This document shows, piece by piece, positions 14,101 to 33,178 of a DNA stretch of 53,334 nt (position 1 is its first letter; each line of letters opens with the position of its first letter). The position numbers and the translations under genes were made by a program. Under the pieces are notes generated by a model. That model was not told the DNA's origin. It did no database searches and worked only from the letters and a program-made list of their open reading frames with translations. The DNA comes from Macrostomum lignano (lineage: Eukaryota): NCBI GenBank assembly GCA_002269645.1, contig NIVC01004248.1, positions 1 to 53,334 of the forward strand, in the 5' to 3' direction.

Positions 14101-15982
14101 ATTAGTGTGAGGACTTTCGGGGATTTCTAATAGGATTTTTATCTGAAGATTTATAGCATACGTATATGAGGATGCTTTCAGCAATCTTTAAAACTCCCCT
14201 TTGTTTTTATCCCATTCCCAACTATGATTTTCCCAACCAACCCCATTCGCAGCCGCCGCTGGCCGACTCCGCATGATCCGGCTGCTGTACCCCGACCAGA
14301 TGGTCTGCTACAGCGAGATGCAGGGCCACCGGGACGAGATCGCCTGTCTGGCCTTCCACCCCAACCAGCCCACCGTGCTGTTCTCAGGCGACAGCAAAGC
14401 CGCCATCCTGGTCTGGGATATCGGCATCCCCATGCCGCCGGACTTCCAGGCCAGCTACACCCTGCTGGCTAAGCTGCGCTGTCCCCGTCCGGATGTGAAT
14501 CCCGTGCTCAATCTGGTGTTCATGCCGACTCTGGACTGCCTCATTGCCGGCTGCGAAGATGGCATCTTCGTCTGGAAGATGGCCAGCGTGATGTCTGACA
14601 ACAGCAAGGCGCTGCCTGAGCGGGAACCAGACGCTGAGATCAAAGTGCCAACTAATAAAGAGCCCTGCTTTGACGGCCTGTGCCTGCTGAATGACACAGT
14701 TCTAGTGAGCAAATGCGTTGAAGAGGGCCGACTGGTGATCTTCGACCTGTACTCTGTGTATGCCAAGATGACCGGCCATTTCAAGACCATCTTTGTCGAC
14801 ATTCTCGGCTCGGTTCGGTGGAAAACTACTGACGAGATTTATATCAACTGCTCGGCCAGGCCCGGTGTCCAGGCCGTCACCTGCGGCGACAATGAGGGCA
14901 ACATCTGGATTTACGATTTTAGCCGGATTAACTGGGCCGGCGTAAGCCGCAAGAACAAGTTCCGCATGGAGGCTTCCAAGATTCTGCCCTGGCCGCAGTG
15001 CTCCGTTGGAGGCGACGGCAGGATGCCTGAGGTGAGCTGGTTTATTCTATTATAATCTAATAAGCCTCCCAGATCCTCAGTTGCTGGGCTGCCAGCCTCC
15101 CAGATCCTCAGTTGCTGGGCCAGCCTCCCAGATCCTCAGTTTCTGGGCCAGCCTTCCAGATCCTCAGTTGCTGGGCCAGCCTCCCAGATCCCCAGTTGCT
15201 GGGCTGCCAGCCTCCCAGATCCTCAGTTGCTGGGCCAGCCTCCCAGATCCTCAGTTTCTGGGCCAGCCTCTCAGTCTCAGATCCTCAGTTGCTGGGCCAG
15301 CCTCCCAGATCCTCAGTTTCTGGGCTGCCAGCCTCCCAGATCCTCAGTTGCTGGGCTGCCAGCCTCCCAGATCCTCAGTTGCTGGGCCAGCCTCCCAGAT
15401 CCTCAGTTTCTGGGCCAGCCTTCCAGATCCTCAGTTGCTGGGCCAGCCTTCCAGATCCCCAGTTGCTGGGCCAGCCTCCCAGATCCCCAGTTGCTGGGCC
15501 AGCCTTCCAGACCCCCAGTTGCTGGGCCAGCCTCCCAGATCCTCAGTTGCTGGGCCAGCCTTCCAGATCCCCAGTTGCTGGGCCAGCCTCCCAGATCCCC
15601 AGTTGCTGGGCCAGCCTCCCAGATCCTAGATCCAGCCACATCGGCAGCTCCCCCCAACCCGCTCGCTACCCAGGAGAGCTCGGCAGGCAGCCGGGAGCAC
15701 AGCCCAGTTGTGAACACCACAGACGCCAGCGGCGATGGCCAGTTCATCTGCGCAGTCACGGACAACAATCTGGTGTGCATCTGGAAGGCGTCAGCAGCGG
15801 AACCTGGCGCCGCTGGTCAGGGCGAGCTGGACCAGTCCGGCACCTCCACTGCCGTGGCTGCAGCCAGCAGCAGCGTCCAGCTGGCCTCCTCTGGCCAGCA
15901 TGAGGTGGCGGACTTGGACGCTGAGCCGCGGTCTCGGGCGGCTGGCAGCGGCGGAGTCGGCCGGCCCAAGCGATCCACTTAG
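5178..15982 (+). CDS. LRWD1: Predicted ~1530-aa protein: acidic N-terminus, 2x NAB NCD2-like domains, then LRR and WD40 regions of LRWD1/ORCA (9 exons)
   Basis: Exons 5178-5423, 6205-6711, 7272-7607, 8110-8841, 9578-9889, 10836-11601, 13077-13682, 14253-15031, 15674-15982. All introns are GT-AG with matching phases (0,0,0,0,0,1,1,0); total 4593 nt, open to TAG at 15980-15982. AATAAA at 16059-16064. The exon 4 and 9 acceptors are best guesses among in-frame options. Confidence 0.75.
5553..6170. repeat. 28/31-bp C-rich minisatellite (TATCAACCCCTACCCCCAATGTGCACTC), intron 1 of gene 1
   Basis: Tandem copies read directly; source of the repetitive ORFs at 5493-6310. Confidence 0.9.
6717..7173. 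repeat. 30-bp minisatellite (GACTGTTTCTGTACCCTCCCATGAGTCAGT), intron 2
   Basis: Near-identical copies with 30-bp period. Confidence 0.95.
7272..7607 (+). other. Exon encoding NAB conserved domain 2-like repeat 1
   Basis: RPLTLYELSVNEAAAQICAAHPALLFHRRDLVSYARQAV closely matches the recalled NAB1/2 NCD2 motif LTLHELTVNEAAAQLC..ALLTRRDELFALARQ. Confidence 0.8.
7669..8063. repeat. 28-bp minisatellite (CCTCCCAGATCCTCAGTTGCTGGGCCAG), intron 3
   Basis: Tandem copies; same family as 15063-15627 and 18553-19520. Confidence 0.95.
8110..8841 (+). other. Exon encoding a more divergent NCD2-like repeat 2
   Basis: LAVIHGRF...VLTPFEAACNEAAVWFAYENPAVLTHRKLLIELCKRAVRSTG aligns by eye to NCD2 (SAIYGRF...LTLHELTVNEAA) and to repeat 1. 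Confidence 0.65.
8885..9510. repeat. 30-bp minisatellite (CAGAATCCCAGATCCCAAGAATGGGTATTT), intron 4
   Basis: 30-bp periodicity with degenerate edges. Confidence 0.9.
9909..10800. repeat. 32/34-bp minisatellite (CTCTAGTCCAGCTCTCATTGTGAGATTCCAGCGT) grading into 20-bp CAGATCTCATAGTGAGATTA units, intron 5
   Basis: Tandem copies read directly. Confidence 0.9.
11660..13030. repeat. 31/33-bp AT-rich minisatellite (TCTAAGAATCTGTCTAATAGTCTTTGGTTTGTT), intron 6
   Basis: Homogeneous core at about 11750-12560 with degenerate flanks. Confidence 0.9.
13760..14135. repeat. Degenerate ~28-bp repeat (GATTCTAATTAGTGTGGGATTATTATG), intron 7
   Basis: Recurrent TCTAATTAGTGTGGGATT at about 25-28 bp spacing. Confidence 0.8.
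15063..15627. repeat. 28-bp minisatellite, second locus, intron 8
   Basis: Same unit as 7669-8063. Confidence 0.95.
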
Positions 15983-16789
15983 CTGTCCATCAGGCACGGG
16001 TTTCATGCACCCAATTGAAGCAGAACTCTCTTAAACTTGTAAATAATCTTATTTAAACAATAAAAACTACAGTAATATCTCTGTCGGCCTACTAACAATA
16101 TAGCAAGTAAAAATAGTTAGTAGCATGAAGAGGGTTGTAATGTTATGTTATATATAATAATTGCGTCATTTAAATATTTGTTACTTATCCCATCATTGTG
16201 CAAAACTATATTCTTTTAATTTTTGTTGTTTTTTGTGTGGCATAAAATGGCAGCTGCTGAAAAAAAACATTTACGCCCCCGTAATGTTTACACTCGCACT
16301 ACTTTACATTAGTAGTATCACGAATGCGTTTCTACTATATGTTACTAATTAGTAGTCTGATATCTAATCATGGTAAGTAATATTGTTGTAAAATTCTTGT
16401 CTACGAGACGCGTTAAAAATTCAAATTTGTGCAACGTAACTTACAATTTTTGGTTGATGTCTTGTAATTATTATTAATAGCTGTCTGGTTGGTTAATCTT
16501 GAAATAAATTATTAATTAAATAAATACAAACATTCATATTCTACTACTGTCAGCTTGGCAACCATTTGTACTTTTATTATCTATTTTTGGCCTGAAAAGA
16601 TGATTGAATTAAATCTTCTCTGCAAACTGTTTTATTAGCAGTTATGATAATTATAATAATTAGTTTTTAATTAAAACATTAGATAAATTTGTATTAGTTG
16701 ATCATGGGGTGAAAATCATTTTAACAATCATTCAACAATACAACAATCATTTTGACATAATGAGATTTGAGACTTGACTGATTGATTTT

Positions 16790-17125
16790 CAATGGGATTT
16801 GAGAGTTGATCAATTGATTTTCCATGAGATTTGAGGGTTGATCAGTTTATTTTCAATGGAATAAGAGAGTTGATCAATTGATTTTCCATGAGATTTGAGA
16901 GTTGATCAGTTTATTATCAATGGAATAAGAGAGTTGATCAATTGATTTTCCATGAGATTTGAGGGTTGATCAGTTTATTATCAATGGAATAAGAGAGTTG
17001 ATCAATTGATTTTCTATGAGATTTGAGAGTTAATCAGTTTATTATCAATGGAATAAGAGAGTTGATCAATTGATTTTCCATGAGATTTGTGAATTGATCA
17101 ATTGATTTTCCATGAGATTTGAGAT
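16790..17125. repeat. 32-bp monomers alternating as a 64-bp dimer
   Basis: GAG(A/G)GTTGATC starts at 16801, 16833, 16865, 16897 and 16929, with alternating A/B tails. Confidence 0.85.
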
Positions 17126-17190
17126 TTGATCAAAAGATTATCAATAAATCAGTTGAAGTGGGTCAATATATCAATATGGTGTCGGATCTC

Positions 17191-19925
17191 TCAAAGTCCC
17201 TGCTCACAGAGCCGGTCGAGTTTCAGAAAATCCTCAACTTCCAAGGCCCTTGTACTCAGTCCGTAGCATCGCATCCAGCCTGCCAAGCAGCTCTCAGACG
17301 CGGGAGCGAATCCCAGTCTCAGACAGGAGAATCGGTCAGCTTCATCGCTAGATCCCATCTCTAATCCGAGTCCGATTTCGGTGCGGCTTAGAAAAGTCCC
17401 GTTCAAATAGAATCTTGGATTTCTGCTGGCGTTGTAATAGACAAATCCCAGTGACATTGACTGCGGGATTAATGGCTTGGTCCCTGTGTTGGGGAATGTA
17501 TTGGCAACCGACTGGAAGTATGTGCCTCTGATGCCGTTCTCTGACCAGTAGGCATAGTTGTACATGTAGCTGCTGCCTTTGGCGAATGTATTGCCGCTGC
17601 TGCTGTTGTTGCACTGCTGGAATCGGTGGTAGAACTGGTACCTGCGTGATGTGGTGAAATGACATTGATGAAGGTAAGAGTTTTGGGGTGTTGGGGGTAC
17701 GAGTTTGGAGGTTGTTGGGGGGAAGAATTTTGGATTGTTGGGGCAGAGTTTTAGGGTGTTGGGGTGGGGGGTACGAGTTTGGAGGTTGTTGGGGGGGAAG
17801 AATTTTGGATTGTTGGGGGTACGAGTTTTGGGGTGTTGGGGGGTAAGAGTTTTGGGGTGGTGGGGATAAGAGTTTTGGGGTGGTGGGGTAAGAGTTTTGG
17901 GATGGTGGGATTAAGAGTTTTGGGTGTTGGGGGTAAGAGTTTTGGGGTGGTGGGGGTAAGAGTTTTGGTTGTTGGGGGTAAGAGTTTTTGGGTGGTGGGG
18001 GGTAAGAGTTCTGAGGTGGTAGGGGTAAGAGTTGGGAGTGGTGGGGGGGGGTAACAGTTTGGGGTGGCGCAGGGGGTGCGCTCATTAGTTTTGTGTCGGG
18101 ACAAGTGCGGATCATGGGAATCCGCGCTTCCCATGAAGTCCGTTATTCCCTCCGTTGTGTCTTTGTGGGTTCCAATCAGTGTATCCAATTTGTAAATTTA
18201 TGTTTGGCATATTGTCAACTCGTTTATCTGAGTGAAATAAATGACAAAAACACACGCACGCACCTGTTGTCCAACAGGTGCTGCACCTTTGCGTATACAG
18301 AGAAAGAACCGTTGCGTTTGAGAATATTTTCGAATCCCGGTGTCTCCACGCTCAGGTAGGATTCATTGTGGCCTCCAAGCTGCACTCCATCGGCGTCCAG
18401 TGTGGCATTGCGGGCTGACAGGCAGAACTGCCTAGGATCGACTTGGTTGATGAGGCCCGACTGACGGAAATTGTAGAACAGCTTCATGCCGAGGCTGGTG
18501 AGGGCATCTGGAAGGTCAGGTGGGTGGGTGATTGCATAAGCTTGACATATACTCAGTTGCTGGGCCAGCCTCCCAGATCCTCAGTTTCTGGGCCAGCCTC
18601 CCAGATCCCCAGTTTCTTGGCCAGCCTCCCAGATCCCCAGTTGCTGGGCCAGCCTCCCAGATCCTCAGTTGCTGGGCAGCCTCCCAGATCCCCAGTTGCT
18701 GGGCCAGCCTCCCAGATCCTCAGTTGCTGGGCCAGCCTCCCAGATCCCCAGTTGCTGGGCCAGCCTCCCAGATCCTCAGTTGCTGGGCCAGCCTCCCAGA
18801 TCCCCAGTTGCTGGGCCAGCCTCCCAGATCCTCAGTTGCTGGGCAGCCTCCCAGATCCCCAGTTGCTGGGCCAGCCTCCCAGATCCTCAGTTGCTGGGCC
18901 AGCCTCCCAGATCCCCAGTTGCTGGGCCAGCCTCCCAGATCCTCAGTTGCTGGACCAGCCTCCCAGATCCTCAGTTGCTGGGCCAGCCTCCCAGATCCCC
19001 AGTTGCTGGGCCAGCCTCCCAGATCCTCTGCAGTTGCTAGGTCAGCCTCCCAGATCCCCAGTTGCTGGGCCAGCCTCCCAGATCCTTATTTGCTGGGTAA
19101 CCAGCCTCCCAGATCCTCAGTTGCTTGGCAACCAGCCTCCCAGATCCTCAGTTGCTGGGCAACCAGCCTCCCAGATCCTCAGTTGCTGGGCCAGCCTCCC
19201 AGATCCTCAGTTTCTGGGCCAGCCTCCCAGATCCTCAGTTTCTGGGCCAGCCTCCCAGATTCTCAGTTGCTGGACAGCCTCCCAGATCCTCAGTTGCTAG
19301 GCCAGCCTCCCAGATCCTCTGCAGTTGCTAGGTCAGCCTCCCAGATCCTCAGTTGCTAGGCCAGCCTCCCAGATCCTCTGCAGTTGCTAGGTCAGCCTCC
19401 CAGATCCTCAGTTGCTGGGTCAGCCTCCCAGATCCTCAGTTGCTGGGCCAGCCTCCCAGATCCTCAGTTGCTGGGCAGTCAGCCTCTCAGATCCCCATTT
19501 GCTAGGCCAGCCTCCCACCAGATTCTCAAGCTAAAACCGATCACCAAGTCCATTTGGCACTGCTAACCATCAGACGCGGTAGGCTCGCTAGCCGAGTGGA
19601 AAAACGAGCTGCAACCCCCATCCGGAATCCACTGCTGCGCAGTCGAGGCGCACGCTTTACCAAGGAAACAGATGCCGCTGCTAGAATTGAAATGAAAGCC
19701 GTTGCAGACAGACTTGCTGGAGCACAGGACGCTGCAGTCGGCCTCGCTCTCAGTTCTGACAATGAATTCCGAAAACTTCTCCGTTTGCAGACTCAAATTT
19801 GAGTAGTTGTAAATTGCTGGACACAGCTCAGTCTTTTTGAACGATAATCCAGAGGCTCGAACACTCAGATCCGGCCAGGCTGCTGTTATTGCTGCCACCA
19901 GAGTGATGAAGCTTCTAAAAGTCAT
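17191..19925 (-). CDS. Secreted PAN/apple domain + LamG/concanavalin-like protein, about 350 aa, 3 exons
   Basis: Exons 19925-19568, 18507-18264 and 17641-17191; GT-AG, phases 1 and 2 consistent; 1053 nt. Signal-peptide-like MTFRSFITLVAAITAAW. PAN cysteine pattern CSVLCSSKSVCNGFHFNSSSGICFL. The LamG-like assignment of the C-terminal half is by eye only. Confidence 0.7.
17675..18060. repeat. G-rich 23-24-bp repeat (GGTAAGAGTTTTGGGGTGGTGGG), intron 2 of the PAN gene
   Basis: Tandem G-run units; same family at 20795-21270. Confidence 0.85.
18553..19520. repeat. 28-bp minisatellite, third locus, intron 1 of the PAN gene
   Basis: Same unit and orientation as 7669-8063 and 15063-15627. Confidence 0.95.
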
Positions 19926-20794
19926 ACTTGTTCTTTCAAGTCCTTGAAATTTGAGGACGATTTCCATATTGAACCTGCTGGGCCTTTAAATAGCCAGATT
20001 CATGCCGGAGTATGCATGACCTCAGATGACCTCAGCAGTAGCAGCAGCTAGCAGAAACAACAGAATTCACCTCAACCCCCACCCCAACCAGCAATTTATT
20101 GTGTCAACTAAACCACGAATCCTGCTTTCCCTGCAGGCAGCTCAGCATGTTTGCTTTGGCAATTCAAATCTTGAGTTAACGCTGTATGGATGGCAATCAG
20201 CCTCTTCTAGAAGAAGATTCGCATGCCTGCCTAAAAGCGTTAGGCCTGAGAATGATTTCATCAATAAAAAACTTTTTAAAAAATCTATCGGAGTCATAAA
20301 AACGCAAAAGTTTGAAATTGTGTTCACACGATTTTTTCGATTATTCTGTCAAAATCAGTCGATTAAAATAAATCAAATAGAATATTTCTATATAGCACAG
20401 TATGTATATTTGTTAAAAAAAATAATCAATATTATTTGAACAGCAAGATAGCTAAGTGCAATAAGCTTTATAAATATTTGAAAGCAATAAGTCTAGCTTA
20501 ACAATTAACGGTAATAACGCCGTAAACTCGAATAAACATGCTGATATTTAATGCTCTGATATCTGTCTTGTCAGCGATCTGGTTAAAAATAATCTACTTT
20601 AGGGTAAAAATTCTTAATATAAGTGGTTCGCAACAGGAGAAGAATAAAAAGGAAGCGAGGTTAAGGGTGCATTGCGACTGTGGCACTGTTACTTGAATAA
20701 TAATCGGTCTCATAGAAAACAACTATAAATATGGCCACCTCGATCATTTTATTTATTTTAGATTATTAAAGATTGTGTTTTTCGGCTGTGTTGG

Positions 20795-21270
20795 GGGTAA
20801 ATAAGAGTCTTGGTGGTGGGGGTAGGAGTTTTGGGGTGGTGGGGGTAGGAGTTTTGGGGTGGTGGGAGAAAGTTTTGGAGTGGTGGGGGTAAGAGTTTTG
20901 GGGTGGTGGGAGTAAGAGTTTTGGGGTGGTGGGAGTAAGAGTTTTGGGGTGGTGGGGTTAGGAGTTTTGGGGTGGTGGGAGAAAGAGTTTTGGAGTGGTG
21001 GGGGTAGGAGTTTTGGGGTGGTGGGGTTAGGAGTTTTGGGGTGGTGGGAGAAAGAGTTTTGGAGTGTTGGGGTAAGAGTTTTGGGGTGGTGGGAGTAAGG
21101 GTTCGTACTATAAAGCTGTCGTAGCGTAAGTTCGATCGTACGTCGGAACTTTTGCACTGCGAAGATAGGAGCTAAGATCGATCTTATCTTACGGTTGGCT
21201 TTATACGAGCGTAGAACGACCCCTAAGAGTTTTGGGGTGGTGGGGGTAAGAGTTTTGGGGTGGTGGGGGG
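20795..21270. repeat. G-rich 23-24-bp repeat, second locus
   Basis: Same unit as 17675-18060; interrupted at 21099-21223. Confidence 0.85.
21099..21223. mobile_element. PIF/Harbinger-like MITE, 125 bp
   Basis: TAA duplicated on both sides (21096-21098, 21224-21226). Ends GGGTTCGTACTATAAAGC and GCTTTATACGAGCGTAGAACGACCCC form an imperfect inverted repeat. Excision restores the host repeat unit. Confidence 0.7.
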
Positions 21271-21467
21271 AAAGAGTGTTTTAGAACCTTAGATAGAAAG
21301 TTTTGGGGTAATAACGCGTCGATGTCGTAACGTGAATTGTAACCTTCCAAAAGTTTTTGTTGAGCTACGCTGGTTTAGGGTCACACAAAAAAATGATCTT
21401 CCTTAAGCCATAAACTCGGTGTGAGTCAGTGTTTAAATCGAAAGCCGGCAACTCAACAGAAACTTTG

Positions 21468-30914
<9,447 letters not shown>

Positions 30915-32409
30915 TTTGGATTTAATATCAGAAGTTTAGAGGAAGATAATTTATTTTACGCTTTGAAGTACAAAATATAATTGACTCGATAATCACTCGA
31001 TTATTTCACTTTGAATAACAGGTAGCTACTGAAAATAAAAGGCATGATTAAAAATTTAGTTATATTTCACATTTTTTCATATTGTGCGCATTATAAAATA
31101 AAATAGATTACTTCAAGGCTTGAATTTTACTGTAACCCTAACTTATTATGTAAAATTACGCGTCTTTGTTAATATGACTACGTCACGGATTGGTATTGTT
31201 ACTAGAAAATGTAAATCAGTAAAGTGGTACATGCAAAGCATAGATGTGGATAATCTACAAAATGTTAATTTTTCTATTTTATAAATTAGGTATATACATT
31301 ACTGTAATAGTATTTCTTCTATTTACCAGTTGCCAGTATAGTGCATTCATTTGGGCACTATAAATGGCATGATCAACATTTTCGGAGCAGGATAAGCTTG
31401 ATTCGCTGGGGTTCGGGTTAAAATAATTAAATAAAAATAAAAATTCTTTTAAATTAGAGCTGAAACCGTTCTGCTATTAAAAATGACACCCGCCCTCTCA
31501 GTTATAACAACTGAGAAATGTAGAAGTGCTACATTTACACATGCAGATTTATGTTTACGTGGGCATATTACCTTGCATAATCTGTATGACATGCAGTCGT
31601 CGAGCAAGAGAAAATTTAATGTATCGCAAAATTTTTCAGTACACTGCACTAATCTTATTAATACTTTCTATCATGATCATGTATGACTATTATACAGACT
31701 CAAGCAATGTATACATTACTGTATATAAATACACCTAGCCTTACACTGCCCGACAGAAGGGGCCAAGAGCTGCACGACTTTTAGTCCAAAGTCTCCATGC
31801 AATATGCATCGCAAATCATCCTCAGCCTCACGCGCATTATGTCCGTGATGAAGAATTCATTTTGCAGCTGCTGCCCGGCTGTGTGGGGCAGCAAAAAGGA
31901 AGACCATGCAAGAATAAACGGAATGGCCATTTTTTCACTTTGTTTTAATCTATTCATATATATTAAGCACACACTGCATGGCTCGTGCGGCAACTCTCTG
32001 ATTATTTTTTGGCAAAGAAAATCGCGTGTTGGCAATTCTGCACCGAATTCATCATATTGCAGCTGCTGCCGCGCTCCCTGAGGGATTTCTGCAGCTTTCG
32101 ATCCCTATAGCTCACACCGCGCCATTCTTGAATACAATTCCCGGTTGGCATTAGTAGGCGCACGTGCAGTAGCCATTATACTTGTGGAGTATATTTGATA
32201 AACTCCTGCTACTGCTGTTTAAGAATCTTATAGAGAAACGATTGATTAAAATAAAACTAGAATTACAACGATTTCAATTAGATTATCCTTTCGATTGAAG
32301 TCACCGCGGTGATTTGGGATTCAGCTGCTGTCTCCCCAGGTAAAATTAATTTTGGCAATAAAACCTGATAAGGTCACTGGAGCAGAAACTCTGAAATACA
32401 GTACAAGAG

Positions 32410-33178
32410 CTCCAGCACCAAGGGGCGCCAGCACCAAGTGGCAGTGGCGTAGCCAGGGGGGCGGGGGGGGGGGCCGCGGCCCCCTAATCGCCTGAGGGGG
32501 GTGGGGTTGGGCGCGGCGGGTACCAAAAACCATGAGGCAATTGAGTGCCTGCGGCGCCAAAATGAGTGCCTGCGGCGCCAAAATGAGTGCCTGCGGCGCC
32601 AAAATGAGTGCCTGCAGTGCCAAAATAAGTGCCTGCGGCGCCAAAAGTGGCAATGGCATAAGGCATGGCCAGCCAGGCCAACCTGCCCCCCCCCAATTGA
32701 AATTCCTGGCTACGCCACTGCCAAGTGGCGCCAGCACCAAGTGGCGCCAGCACCAAGTGGCGCCAGCACCAAGTGGCGCCAGCACCAAGTGGCGCCAGCA
32801 CCAAGGGGCGCCAGCACCAAGGGGCGCCAGCACCAAGGGGCGCCAGCACCAAGGGGCGCCAGCACCAAGGGCGCCAGCACCAAGGGCGCCAGCACCAATG
32901 GGCGCCAGCACCAAGGGGCGCCAGCACCAAGGGCGCCAGCACCAAGGGGCGCCAGCACCAAGGGGCGCCAGCACCAAGGGGCGCCAGCACCAAGGGGCGC
33001 CAGCACCAAGGGGCGCCAGCACCAAGGGGCGCCAGCACCAAGGGGCGCCAGCACCAAGGGGCGCCAGCACCAAGGGGCGCCAGCACCAAGGGGCGCCAGC
33101 ACAAGGGGCGCCAGCACCAAGGGGCGCCAGCACCAAGGGGCGCCAGCACCAAGGGGCGCCAGCACCAAGGGGCGCCAC
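32410..33178. repeat. 16-bp GC-rich minisatellite (GCGCCAGCACCAAGGG)
   Basis: 16-bp period; source of the ORFs at 32321-33293. Confidence 0.95.
32442..32720. mobile_element. hAT-type MITE, 279 bp, inserted in the 16-bp minisatellite
   Basis: Perfect 16-bp TIR CAGTGGCGTAGCCAGG / CCTGGCTACGCCACTG. Perfect 8-bp TSD CCAAGTGG (32434-32441, 32721-32728). Confidence 0.92.

Larger units (their letters stand above)
9578..15982 (+). other. LRWD1: LRWD1/ORCA-homologous portion (LRR then WD40)
   Basis: LRRs VTSLNLSGLGL, LRQLDLSENAL, LTVLDISGNNF and QFPLLEELK. WD region PVHFIRCHSKDNNPMDAETKVWRCAFEP..VATCGGDSVCLIDCDTG..EEFYCLAWT and AVTDNNLVCIW match recalled LRWD1 sequence order. Confidence 0.9.

Noticed and set aside
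17675-18060. Interstitial telomere repeat
   Set aside because: The unit is a 23-24-bp G-rich minisatellite, not TTAGGG.
18060-18190. Candidate extra exon in the PAN gene
   Set aside because: The phase-compatible frame after the nearest AG stops within 16 codons; skipping to 17641 keeps the frame open.
31781-32035. ORF containing DIMRVRLR as candidate kinesin exon 1
   Set aside because: The true VAVRVRPF exon is at 30914-30873 with a U12 donor; this match is poor and has no suitable donor.
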